From contig NC_086107.1 in the NCBI RefSeq assembly GCF_963921235.1, forward strand, positions 114,330,001 to 114,394,000: 64,000 nt of DNA. Reading direction: 5' to 3'. Below are positions 50,538 through 62,460 of this stretch, piece after piece. The stretch comes from Mobula hypostoma (taxonomy: Eukaryota). The position numbers and the translations under genes are program-made. Position 1 is the stretch's first letter; each line of letters opens with the position of its first letter. The notes beneath the pieces were generated by a model, which searched no databases, was not told the origin of the DNA, and was given only the letters and a program-made list of their open reading frames with translations.

Positions 50538-52273
50538 TATATATTTCTTAATGTAGCTGCCACAAAATAAATTTCACAATGTATATCAGTGATAATAACT
50601 GGATTCTGATTCTAATCCTCTTTGATAAATATTTATTTTATTCAGGAGTTACAGTGCAACTGGACAGGGTACTGGTGAGGCCGCACCTGGAGTACTGAGT
50701 GTGGTTCCAGTCTCCCTATTTGAGGAAGGATATACTGGCTTTGAAGGCCGAGCATGGGAGGTTCACCAGGTTAATTCTGGAGATGAGGGGGTTAACCGAT
50801 GAGGAGATTGAGTTGGCTGGGACTGTCATCACTGGAATTCCAAAGAATGAGAGGGGATCTTAGAGAAACATATAAAAGAGACAGTTAAGATAATCCTGAT
50901 GAAGGATCTCGGCCCGCAACGTCAACTGTTCATTCATTTCCACAGATGCTGCCTGACCTGCTGAGTTCCTCCAGTACTTTGTGTGTGTTGCTTTGGATTT
51001 CTGGCATCCACAGATTTTCTCGTGTTCAGATGAGACAGACTAGAATGCAGGGAATAGATTTAGGATGGAAATGAGGAGAAACTGCTTTTCCCACAGAATC
51101 GTGAATCTGTGGAATTCTATGCCCAGGGAGGCAGTAGAGGCTTTGTTTTTATCGTGTTTTCATGGCAAGATACGGAAGTAGATTGCCAGGCCTTTCTTCC
51201 CTGCAGGTACTGCGGCTGCCCAGGTGGGATGCAGCCAGATTTGAACTCAGGACCATCCATCTCAAACTCCAGTGCTGATGCCACTACACCATCGGACGGC
51301 TACGTCATTCAGCCAGAGTTGGACAGATTTTTGCACAGCAGGGGAATTAAGGACTCTGGGGAAAGAGACAGGGAGGCAGAGTGATAATTCATCATCTTAC
51401 TGAATGGTGAAGTAGGCAATTTCCAGAGGGCCAATGCTGTAAGAGGAATATTACCAGCGGTTTTGAGCCCCTGATCTAAGAAAGGATGTAGTGGCATTGG
51501 AGAGAGTCCGGAGGGAGCTCAGGAGAATGATTCTGGCAGTGACGGGGTTATGCTATAAGGAGCTCTTGATGGCTCTGAGCCTGTGCTCACTGGAGTTCAG
51601 AAGAATGATGGGGGGGGGTGGGGGGGGTGGATGTCATTGAAAGCTTCTGAATATTGAAAGGCCTGGAGTGGACATGGACAGCATGTTTCCAATACTGGGA
51701 GAGAATGGACCAGAGGGAAGAGCCTGAGAATACACAGGCGCCCCTTTAGAACAGAGGATTTCTTTCGCTGGAGGATAATGAATCTGTGTTGAACTTGCCT
51801 ATTTAAAGTAGTGGTTGATAGGATCCTGATTAACCAGGGCATCAAAGGTTATGGGGAGAAGGCGCGAGAATGGGGCTGAGAGGCAAAATAAATCAGCCAT
51901 GAAGGAATGGTGGGGCAGTCTGGATGGGCCGAATGGCGTGATACTGTTCATCAGAATTATGGAATAAAGATCAATTGTGGCAAAACTCTCCCTGATACGG
52001 AAACTGTCGAGTCCAGGCGGAATTCTCATAAATCTCTTGCGCACCAGTTCCAGCTCGGCAATGTCTTTCCAATAACAGAATGAGTGACAATGGACACAGT
52101 AGGTCCCTGCGTGAAGTCCTGTGACCCACTGCATTTTGGTAGCCTTTGTTCTTGCACGTAATGCATCCGAGGGTGTGATCGCTCGGGCGGAAAAGGTCCC
52201 CTCTCTGGTGAATCTGTTAATCTCCCACCGCAGTCCAGAGTGTGGTCAGACTCATGGAATTTCTCTCTTTCAG

Positions 52274-52300
52274 GTTTACCGACGGGGGAAGCACAATTCC
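52274..52300 (+). CDS. Serine protease exon 2 (27-nt microexon, phase 1 to 1)
   Basis: tttctctctttcAG acceptor and GTAAGT donor; encodes (C)LPTGEAQF(P), completing the signal peptide with a G-E-A cleavage site and joining exons 1 and 3 in frame. Confidence 0.75.
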
Positions 52301-52399
52301 GTAAGTTCCAACGAGATCCCGACGGGCTCACACGGAGTTTCCCACTTCGAAGTTGTGTGGGGAGACGGGTTAACCCTCGAAGATGTCCTCCTGGCTTTG

Positions 52400-52980
52400 A
52401 GAGGGGTAGTGAGGAGGGAGCTGTGTGGGTGGGGGTGAGGAGTGAATGCTGTGGGAGGGGGTGAGGAGGGAGTAGTGTGGGGGTGAGGGAGCAGTTTGGG
52501 ACGGGTTGAGGAGGGAGCGCTGAGGGATGGGGATGGGGAAGGAATGCTGTGGGAGGGGGTAAGGAGGTAATGCTGTGGGAGGGGGGAAGGAGGTAACGCT
52601 GTGGGAGGGGGTGAGGAGGTAACGCTGTGGGAGGGGGTGAGGAGTGAATGCTGTGGGAGGGGGTGAGGAGGGAGCTGTGTGGGGAGGGAGTGAGGAGGGA
52701 ACACTGTGGGAGAGGGTGAGGAGGGAGTAGTGCGGGGTTGAGGGAGCAGTTTGGGGCGGGTTGAGGAGGGAGCACTGAGGGATGGGGATGGGGAAGGAAT
52801 GCTGTGGGAGGGGGTGAAGAGGGAGCTTTGTGAGGGGGGTGAGGAGAGAGCAGTGTTGGGGGTGAGGAGGGAATGCTGTGGGAGGCGTGAGGAGGGGACG
52901 CTGTGGGAGGGGGTGAGGAGGGAACGCTGTGGGAGGGTGGTGAGGAGGTAACGCTGTGGGAGGGGGAGAGGAGGGAAGGA
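52400..52980. repeat. G-rich degenerate minisatellite (about 23-bp unit, gctgtgggagggggtgaggagg)
   Basis: Recurring unit with G-runs directly downstream of the microexon. Confidence 0.8.
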
Positions 52981-53456
52981 GATTCTCTGGTTTCTACCCT
53001 TCCTCAAAACCGGAATTGACTTCGGATCTGGCCGCTTCTGTCCACAATTACCCAGGAATGTTTGACCAGTGGAATGTGCCCAGCTGATAGAGAATCACTT
53101 CCTTGTGGCAAAACACCAGCTCCCCTCACACCCAGAAACTCTCCACACACCCACTCTGCCATCCCAGCACACGCTGGGATCTGCTCACCCTCACACAGGT
53201 AGAGACGACTGCCGGTAAATAGCAGGCCTGTCATTGTACTCATGACAGTGATGTTAGGTCAGACATCTCCACGCAGGTTCCAGTACACAGCAATTCCAGC
53301 AGTGGTACCTCACAGCCTGCCAATCCCACCAGGCTGGGAACCCAGTACACCCATTCCCAGCAGAGTGCCAACCCACAGCTTCCTGATCCCAGCAGAGTAG
53401 TGCCCTAATACATTCCAGTCCCAGCACGCAGATCCCAGTAGATGGTGACTACTATC

Positions 53457-56106
53457 GAAGATGTGGAATCGATATGGGTAGAGCTGCGTAACACTAAGGG
53501 GCAGAAGACGCTGGTGGGAGTTGTGTACAGGCCACCTAACAGTAGTAGTGAGGTCGGAGATGGTATTAAACAGGAAATTAGAAATGTGTGCAATAAAGGA
53601 ACAGCAGTTATAATGGGTGACTTCAATCTACATGTAGACTGGGTGAACCAAATTGGTAAAGGTGCTGAGGAAGAGGATTTCTTGGAATGTATGCGGGATG
53701 GTTTTTTGAACCAACATGTCGAGGAACCGACTAGAGAGCAGGCTATTCTGGACTGGGTTTTGAGCAATGAGGAAGGGTTAATTAGCGATCTTGTCGTGAG
53801 AGGCCCCTTGGGTAAGAGTGACCATAATATGGTGGAATTCTTCATTAACATGGAGAGTGACGTAGTTAATTCAGAAACAAAGGTTCTGAACTTAAAGAGG
53901 GGTAACTTTGAAGGTATGAGACATGAATTAGCTAAGATAGACTGGCAAATGACACTTAAAGGGTTGACAGTGGATACGCAATGGCAAGCATTTAAAGGTT
54001 GCATGGATGAACTACAACAATTGTTCATCCCAGTTTGGCAAAAGAATAAATCAAGGAAGGTAGTGCACCCGTGGCTGACAAGAGAAATTAGGGATAGTAT
54101 CAATTCCAAAGAAGTAGCATACAAATTAGCCAGAGAAAGTGGCTCACCTGAGGACTGGGAGAAATTCAGAGTTCAGCAGAGGAGGACAAAGGGCTTAATT
54201 AGGAAGGGGAAAAAAGATTATGAGAGAAAACTGGCAGAGAACATAAAAACAGACTGTAAAAGCTTTTATAGATATGTAAAAAGGAAAAGACTGATAAAGA
54301 CAAATGTAGGTCCCCTGCAAACAGAAACAGGTGAATTGATTATGGGGAGCAAGGACATGGCAGACCAATTGAATAATTACTTTGGTTCTGTCTTCACTAA
54401 GGAGGACATAAATAATCTTCCAGAAATAGTAAGGGACAGAGGGTCCAGTGAGATGGAGGAACTGAGCGAAATACATGTTAGTAGGGAAGTGGTGTTAGGT
54501 AAATTGAAGGGATTGAAGGCAGATAAATCCCCAGGGCCAGATGGTCTGCATCCCAGAGTGCTTAAGGAAGTGGCCCAAGAAATAGTGGATGCATTAGTGA
54601 TAATTTTTCAAAACTCGTTAGATTCTGGACTAGTTCCTGAGGATTGGAGGGTGGCTAATGTAACCCCACTTTTTAAAAAAGGAGGGAGAGAGAAACCGGG
54701 GAATTATAGGCCGGTTAGCCTAACGTCGGTGGTGGGGAAACTGCTGGAGTCAGTTATCAAGGATGTGATAACAGCACATTTGGAAAGCGGTGAAATGATC
54801 GGACAAAGTCAGCATGGATTTGTGAAAGGAAAATCATGTCTGACGAATCTCATAGAATTTTTTGAGGATGTAACTAGTAGAGTGGATAGGGGAGAACCAG
54901 TGGATGTGGTATATTTGGATTTTCAAAAGGCTTTTGACAAGGTCCCACACAGGAGATTAGTGTGCAAACTTAAAGCACACGGTATTGGGGGTAAGGTATT
55001 GGTGTGGGTGGAGAATTGGTTAGCAGACAGGAAGCAAAGAGTGGGAATAAACGGGACCTTTTCAGAATGGCAGGCGGTGACTAGTGGGGTACCGCAAGGC
55101 TCAGTGCTGGGACCCCAGTTGTTTACAATATATATTAATGACTTGGATGAGGGAATTAAATGCAGCATCTCCAAGTTTGCAGATGACACAAAGCTGGGTG
55201 GCAGTGTTAGCAGTGAGGAGGATGCTAAGAGGATGCAGGGTGACTTGGATAGGTTGGGTGAGTGGGCAAACTCATGGCAGATGCAATTTAATGTGGATAA
55301 ATGTGAAGTTATCCACTTTGGTGGCAAAAATAGGAAAACAGATTATTATCTGAATGGTGGCCGATTAGGAAAAGGGGAGGTGCAACGAGACCTGGGTGTC
55401 ATTATACACCAGTCATTGAAAGTGGGCATGCAGGTACAGCAGGCGGTGAAAAAGGCGAACGGTATGCTGGCATTTATAGCGAGAGGATTCGAGTACAGGA
55501 GCAGGGAGGTACTACTGCAGTTGTACAAGGCCTTGGTGAGACCACACCTGGAGTATTGTGTGCAGTTTTGGTCCCCTAATCTGAGGAAAGACATCTTTGC
55601 CATAGAGGGAGTACAAAGAAAGTTCACCAGATTGATTCCTGGGATGGCAGGTCTTTCATATGAAGAAAGACTGGATGAACTGGGCTTGTACTCGTTGGAA
55701 TTTAGAAGATTGAGGGGGGATCTGATTGAAACGTATAAGATCCTAAAGGGATTGGACAGGCTAGATGCGGGAAGATTGTTCCCGATGTTGGGGAGGTCTA
55801 GAACGAGGGGTCACAGTTTGAGGATAGAGGGGAAGCCTTTTAGGACCGAGGTTAGGAAAAACTTCTTCACACAGAGAGTGGTGAATCTGTGGAATTCTCT
55901 GCCACAGCAAACTGTTGAGGCCAGTTCATTAGCTATGTTTAAAAGGAAGTTAGATATGGCCCTTGTGGCTACAGGGGTCAGGGGGTATGGAGGGAAGGCT
56001 GGGTTCTGAGTTGGATGATCAGCCATGATCATAATAAATGGCGGTGCAGGCTCGAAGGGCCGAATGGCCTACTCCTGCACCTATTTTCTATGTTTCTATG
56101 TTTCTA
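53457..56106 (+). mobile_element. Young 5'-truncated CR1 LINE with ORF2 open to the stop
   Basis: ORF 53442..56009 (855 aa) differs from the 31821..34847 protein at only a handful of residues; TTTCTATG tail. Confidence 0.96.
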
Positions 56107-56469
56107 AACCCTGATCCCAGCAGAGGTGTTCCCCAGTACACTCTAGTCCCAGCAGATAGGAGTCCCAATATACCCTTGTCCCAGCAGACAGGGATCCCAG
56201 TAGACCCTGGTTCCAGCAGACAGGGATCCCAACAGAAACTGCAGTAAGCAAACTGGCACCCTGGTCCCAGGAAAGAGGAGTCATTGTAAAGCTCCCAGTA
56301 GATACTGACTTCATCAGAACTGGGTCACCGTATACGCTAATCGCAGCAAAGTTAGTTCAGTGCACCCTGATCCCAGTGAGGAGGGGAAACAGATGCGTGC
56401 AATGCCCAGTCCCGTGTGTCTGATCCAAGGTCCCAAAGGGGACGATGGGATGAGAGATGATAATGTGGT

Positions 56470-57112
56470 CGATGCCCAGCCCCGGGGAGGGAGAGGGCGG
56501 CGTGTCCGACGCCCAGCCCCGGGGAGGGAGAGGGCGGTCTGTCCGATGTCCAGTCCCGGGGAGGGAGAGGGCGGCGTGTCCGACGCCCAGCCCCGGGAAG
56601 GGAGAGGGCGGCGTGTCCGACGCCCAGCCCCGGGAAGGGAGAGGGCGGTGTGTCGGATACCCAGCCCCGGGGAGGGAGAGGGCGGTCTGTCCGACGCCCA
56701 GTCCCGGGGAGGGAGAGGGCGGTGTGTCGGATACCCAGTCCCGGGGAGGGAGAGGGCGGTGTGTCTGATGCCCAGTCCCGGGGAGGGAGAGGGCGGTGTG
56801 TCGGATACCCAGTCCCGGGGAGGGAGAGGGCAGTCTGTCCGATGTCCAGTCCCGGGGAGGGAGAGGGCGGTGTGTCGGATACCCAGTCCCGGGGAGGGAG
56901 AGGGCGGTGTGTCGGATACCCAGTCCCGGGGAGGGAGAGGGCGGTGTGTCTGATACCCAGTCCCGGGGAGGGAGAGGGCGGTGTGTCCGATGTCCAGTCC
57001 CGGGGAGGGAGAGGGCAGGCTGTCCGATGTCCAGTCCCGGGGAGGGAGAGGGCGGTGTGTCCGATGTCCAGTCCCGGGGAGGGAGAGGGCGGTGTGTCGG
57101 ATACCCAGTCCC
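56470..57112. repeat. 37-bp GC-rich minisatellite, about 17 copies
   Basis: Unit CCCAGTCCCGGGGAGGGAGAGGGCGGTGTGTCGGATA. Confidence 0.95.
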
Positions 57113-57176
57113 GCGGTTAGGAGGTGACGTTGCCGTGGGTTACATGACATTAATTGGTTCTCTCTTGCTTTTTCAG

Positions 57177-57339
57177 CCTGTGGGCGTCGTGTGATCAGAA
57201 ATCGGATCGTGGGGGGGACGGACGCGATGGAGGGAGATTGGCCTTGGCAAGTCAGCATTCATCTCAACAACAAACACATTTGCGGAGGCACACTCATTTC
57301 CCCAGAATGGGTCTTAACGGCAGCACATTGTATGGAAAG
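57177..57339 (+). CDS. Trypsin-like (S1A) serine protease exon 3: light chain, activation site, catalytic His (163 nt, phase 1 to 2)
   Basis: tttttcAG acceptor and AG|GTAGGG donor; [53 protein letters not shown]. Confidence 0.95.
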
Positions 57340-57410
57340 GTAGGGGTCACGCATGCCTCACTGATCATCCCCAAGTGTCAACAAGATCACCGTGTAGTTC
57401 ACGTCGAATT

Positions 57411-59010
57411 GGACGGTGTGGAGGGAGATTCACTCTGTGTCTGACCCCGGGAGTGTGTGATGGGACGGTGTGGAGGGAGTTTCACTCTGTGTCTGACCCC
57501 GGGAGTGTGTGATGGGACGGTGTGGAGGGAGTTTCACTCTGTGTCTGACCCCGGGAGTGTGTGATGGGACGGTGTGGAGGGAGTTTCACTCTGTGTCTGA
57601 CCCCGGGAGTGTGTGATGGGTCGGTGTGGAGGGAGATTCACTCTGTGTCTGACCCCGGGAGTGTGTGATGGGACGGTGTGGAGGGAGTTTCACTCTGTGT
57701 CTGACCCCGGGAGTGTGTGATGGGACGGTGTGGAGGGAGATTCACTCTGTGTCTGACCCCGGGAGTGTGTGATGGGACGGTGTGGAGGGAGTTTCACTCT
57801 GTGTCTGACCCCGGGAGTGTGTGATGGGACGGTGTGGAGGGAGTTTCACTCTGTGTCTGACCCCGGGAGTGTGTGATAGGACGGTGTGGAGGGAGTTTCA
57901 CTCTGTGTCTGACCCCGGGAGTGTGTGATGGGACGGTGTGGAGGGAGATTCACTCTGTGTCTGACCCCGGGGGTGTGTGATGGGACGGTGTGGAGGGAAC
58001 TTCACTCTGTGTCTGACCCCGGGAGTGTGTGATGGGACGGTGTGGAGGGAGTTTCACTCTGTGTCTGACCCCGGGAGTGTGTGATGGGACGGTGTGGAGG
58101 GAGTTTCACTCTGTGTCTGACCCCGGGAGTGTGTGATGGGACGGTGTGGAGGGAGATTCACTCTGTGTCTGACCCCGGGAGTGTGTGATGGGACGGTGCG
58201 GAGGGAGCTTCACTCTGTGTCTGACCCCGGCAGTGCGTGATGGGACAGTGTGGAGGGAGATTCACTCTGTGCCTGACCCCGGGAGTGTGTGATGGGACGG
58301 TGTGGAGGAAGATTCACTCTGTGTCAGACCCCGGGAGTGTGTGATGGGACAGTGTGGAGGGAGCTTCACTCTGTGTCTGACACCGGGAGTGAGTGATGGG
58401 ACGGTGTGGAGGGAACTTCACTCTGTGTCTGACCCCGGGAGTGTGTGATGGGACGGTGTGGAGGGAGTTTCACTCTGTGTCTGACCCCGGGAGTGTGTGA
58501 TGGGACGGTGTGGAGGGAGTTTCACTCTGTGTCTGACCCCGGGAGTGTGTGATGGGACGGTGTGGAGGGAGATTCACTCTGTGTCTGACCCCGGGAGTGT
58601 GTGATGGGACGGTGCGGAGGGAGCTTCACTCTGTGTCTGACCCCGGCAGTGCGTGATGGGACAGTGTGGAGGGAGATTCACTCTGTGCCTGACCCCGGGA
58701 GTGTGTGATGGGACGGTGTGGAGGAAGATTCACTCTGTGTCAGACCCCGGGAGTGTGTGATGGGACAGTGTGGAGGGAGCTTCACTCTGTGTCTGACACC
58801 GGGAGTGAGTGATGGGACGGTGTGGAAGGAGCTTCACTCTGTGTCTGATCCCGGGTGTGTGTGATGGGATGGTGTGGAGGGAGCTTCACTCTGTGACTGA
58901 CCCCGGGAGTATGCGATGGGATGGTGTGGAGGGAGATTCACTCTGTCTGACCCCGGGTGTATGCGATGGGACGGTGTCGAGGAAGATTCACTCTGTGTCT
59001 GACCCCGGGA
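57411..59010. repeat. 52-bp minisatellite, about 30 copies
   Basis: Unit GGGACGGTGTGGAGGGAG(A/T/C)TTCACTCTGTGTCTGACCCCGGGAGTGTGTGAT. Confidence 0.97.
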
Positions 59011-59075
59011 CGGAGATGGAGGGATATTTGCTGCATTTCTAACTGTTGGGAAACATCTTTCTTCCCATCACTCAG

Positions 59076-59344
59076 TACTGGGCCGCACAGTTATCTGCTG
59101 TACTTCGGGAGATATCAGCAGAATGGAATCAACAGACACGAAACTTCCTCGGGAATAATCAGCATTCAGAAACACAGAAGATACACGACAACTGAAGAGG
59201 GTTATGACATTGCTTTATTGAGACTTACCCGTTCAATACCCCTCTCCGAGTACATTATCCCCATCTGCCTCCCCTCCAGCACCTACCAGTTCACCTGTGG
59301 TCCTGGCTATTACGTCACCGGCTGGGGACACGTCAGGGAAAGTG
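59076..59344 (+). CDS. Serine protease exon 4: catalytic Asp (269 nt, phase 2 to 1)
   Basis: ctcAG acceptor and GTAAGA donor; (S)TGPHSYLLYFGRYQQ...GYDIALLRL...IIPICLP...VTGWGHVRES. Confidence 0.93.
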
Positions 59345-59629
59345 GTAAGAAGTTAGCTCGGTACTCCACGCGTTGACAAACGGCTCTCTTCCTCCCTCTG
59401 GGACTGTCCTTCGCCACCCCACGGCCGCGACCGGGCGTCGGACACACCGTCCTCTCCCCTTTTCTCTGGGACCAGGTACAGTGTAAAAAACACCAGGGCA
59501 CGCTGTAAATACCGACACGCTCTCTGGGAACCCGGTAGATACCGACACACTTGCCAGGACCCCCTGTAAATACTGACACACTCCCCGGGACCCCCTGTAA
59601 ATACTGACACACTCCCCGGGACCCCATGT

Positions 59630-62460
59630 TAAGAACATAGAACATAGAATAGTACAGCACAGTACAGGCCCTTCGGCCCACAATGTTGTGCCGACCCTCA
59701 AACCCTGCCTCCCATATAAGCCCCCACCTTAGATTCCTCCATATACCTGTCTAGTAGTCTCTTAAACTTCACTAGTGTATCTGCCTCCACCACTGACTCA
59801 GGCAGTGCATTCCACGCACCAACCACTCTCTGAGTAAAACACCTTCCTCTAATATCCCCCTTGAACCTCCCACCCCTTACCTTAAAGCCATGTCCTCTTG
59901 TATTGAGCAGTGGTGCCCTGGGGAAGAGGTGCTGGCTATCCACTCTATCTATTCCTCTTATTATCTTGTACACCTCTATCATGTCTCCTCTCACCCTCCT
60001 TCTCTCCAAAGAGCAAAGCCCTAGCTCCCTTAATATCTGATCATAATGCATACTTTCTAAACCAGGCAGCATCCTGGTAAATCTCCTCTGTACCCTTTCC
60101 AATGCTTCCACATCCTTCCTATAGTGAGGTGACCAGAATTGGACACAATACTCCAAGTGTGGCCTAACCAGAGTTTTATAGAGCTGCATCATTACATCGC
60201 GACTCTTAAACTCTATCCCTCGACTTATGAAAGCTAACACCCCATAAGCTTTCTTAACTACCCTATCCACCTGTGAGGCAACTTTCAGGGATCTGTGGAT
60301 ATGTACCCCGAGATCCCTCTGCTCCTCCACACTACCAAGTATCCTGCCATTTACTTTGTACTCTGCCTTGGAGTTTGTCCTTCCAAAGTGTACCACCTCA
60401 CACTTCTCCAGGTTGAACTCCATCTGCCACTTCTCAGCCCACTTCTGCATCCTATCAATGTCTCTCTGCAATCTTTGACAATCCTCTACACTATCTACAA
60501 CACCACCAACCTTTGTGTCGTCTGCAAACTTGCCAAACCACCCTTCTACCCCCACATCCAGGTCGTTAATAAAAATTACGAAAAGTAGAGGTCCCAAAAC
60601 AGATCCTTGTGGGACACCACTAGTCACAATCCTCCAATCTGAATGTACTCCCTCCACCACCACCCTCTGCCTTCTGCAGGCAAGCCAATTCTGAATCCAC
60701 CTGGCCAAACTTCCCTGGATCCCATGCCTTCTAACTTTCTGAATAAGCCTACCGTGTGGAACCTTGTCAAATGCCTTACTAAAATCTATATAGATCACAT
60801 CCACTGCACTACCCTCATCTATATGCCTGGTCACCTCCTCAAAGAACTCTATCAGGCTTGTTAGACACGATCTGCCTTTCACAAAGCCATGCTGACTGAC
60901 CCTGATCAGACCATGATTCTCTAAATGCCCAGAGATCCTATCTCTAAGAATCTTTTCCAACAGCTTTCCCACCACAGACGTAAGGCTCACTGGTCTATAA
61001 TTACACGGACTACCCCTACTACCTTTTTTGAACAAGGGAACAACATTTGCCTCCCTCCAATCCTCCGGTACCATTCCCATGGACAACGAGGACATAAAGA
61101 TCCTAGCCAGAGGCTCAGCAATCTCTTCCCTCGCCTTGTGGAGCAGCCTGGGGAATATTCCGTCAGGCCCCGGGGACTTATCTGTCCTAATGTATTTTAA
61201 CAACTCCAACACCTCCTCTCCCTTAATATCAACATGCTCCAGAACATCAACCTCACTCATACTGTCCTCACCATCATCAAGTTCCCTCTCATTGGTGAAT
61301 ACCGAAGAGAAGTATTCATTGAGGACCTCGCTCACTTCCACAGCCTCCAGGCACATCTTCCCACCTTTATCTCTAATCCGTCCAACCTTCACTCCTGTCA
61401 TCCTTTTTTTCTTCACATAATTGAAGAATGCCTTGGGGTTTTTCTTTACCCTACTTGCCAAGGCCTTCTCATGCCCCCTTCTTGCTCTTCTCAGCCCCTT
61501 CTTAAGCTCCTTTCTTGCTTCCCTATATTCATCAATAGACCCATCTGATCCTTGCTTCCTAAACCTCATGTATGCTGCCTTCTTCCACTGGACTAGATTT
61601 TCCACCTCACTTGTCACCCATGGTTCCTTCACCCTACCATTCTTTATCTTCCTCACCGGAACAAATTTATCCCTTACATCCCGCAAGAGATCTCTAAACA
61701 TCGACCACATGTCCATAGTACATTTCCCTGCAAAAACATCATCCCAATTCACACCCGCAGGTTCTAGCCTTATAGCCTCATAATTTGCCCTTCCCCAATT
61801 AAAAATTTTCCAGTCCTCTTTGATTCTATCCTTTTCCATGATAATTATAAAGGCCAGGGAGCAGTGGTCACTGTCCCCCAGATGCTCACCCACTGAGAGA
61901 TCTGTGACCTGACCCGGTTCATTACCTAGTACTAGATCTAGTATGGCATTCCCCCGGTCGGCCTGTCCACATACTGTGACAGGAATCCCTCCTGGACACA
62001 CTTAACCATCTCTGCCCTGTTTAAATACTTGGAACTAATCAGGTGCCAATCAATATTAGGGAAGTTAAAGTCACCCATGATAACAACCCTGTTATTTTTG
62101 CACCTTTCCAAAATCTGCCTCCCAATCTGCTCCTCTGTATCTCTGCTGCTACCAGGGGGCCTATAGAATACCCCCCGTAGAGTAACTGCTCCCTTCCTGT
62201 TCCGGACTTCCACCCATATTGACTCAAAAGAGGATCCTGCTACATTACCCACCCTTTCTGTAGCTGTAATAGTATCCCTGACCAGTAATGCCACCCCTCT
62301 TCCCCTTTTTCCGCCCTCTCTATCCCTTTTAAAGCACTGAAATCCAGGAATATTGAGAATCCATTCCTGCCCTGGTGCCAGCCAAGTCTCTGTAATGGCC
62401 ACTACATCATAATTCCATGTATGTATCCAAGCTCCCAGTTCATCACCTTTGCTCCTGACA
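59630..62460 (-). mobile_element. 5'-truncated CR1 LINE of a different subfamily (APE-RT, frameshift near 61950) inserted in the 31-bp minisatellite
   Basis: ORFs 61938..63023 (ITETWL, FYRPP, GDFN) and 59698..62001 (DFSKAFD, GVPQGSVLGP, FADD); (AACATAG)n tail. Confidence 0.95.

Noticed and set aside
50646..50670. Candidate small exon after ttattttattcAG
   Set aside because: Joining to phase-1 exon 1 creates TGA, the donor is weak, and it runs into a CR1 fragment; 52274-52300 fits far better
57411..59010. CRISPR-like regular array (also 56470-57112 and 62461-63980)
   Set aside because: Units are contiguous with no unique spacers, there are no cas genes, and the context is vertebrate intron
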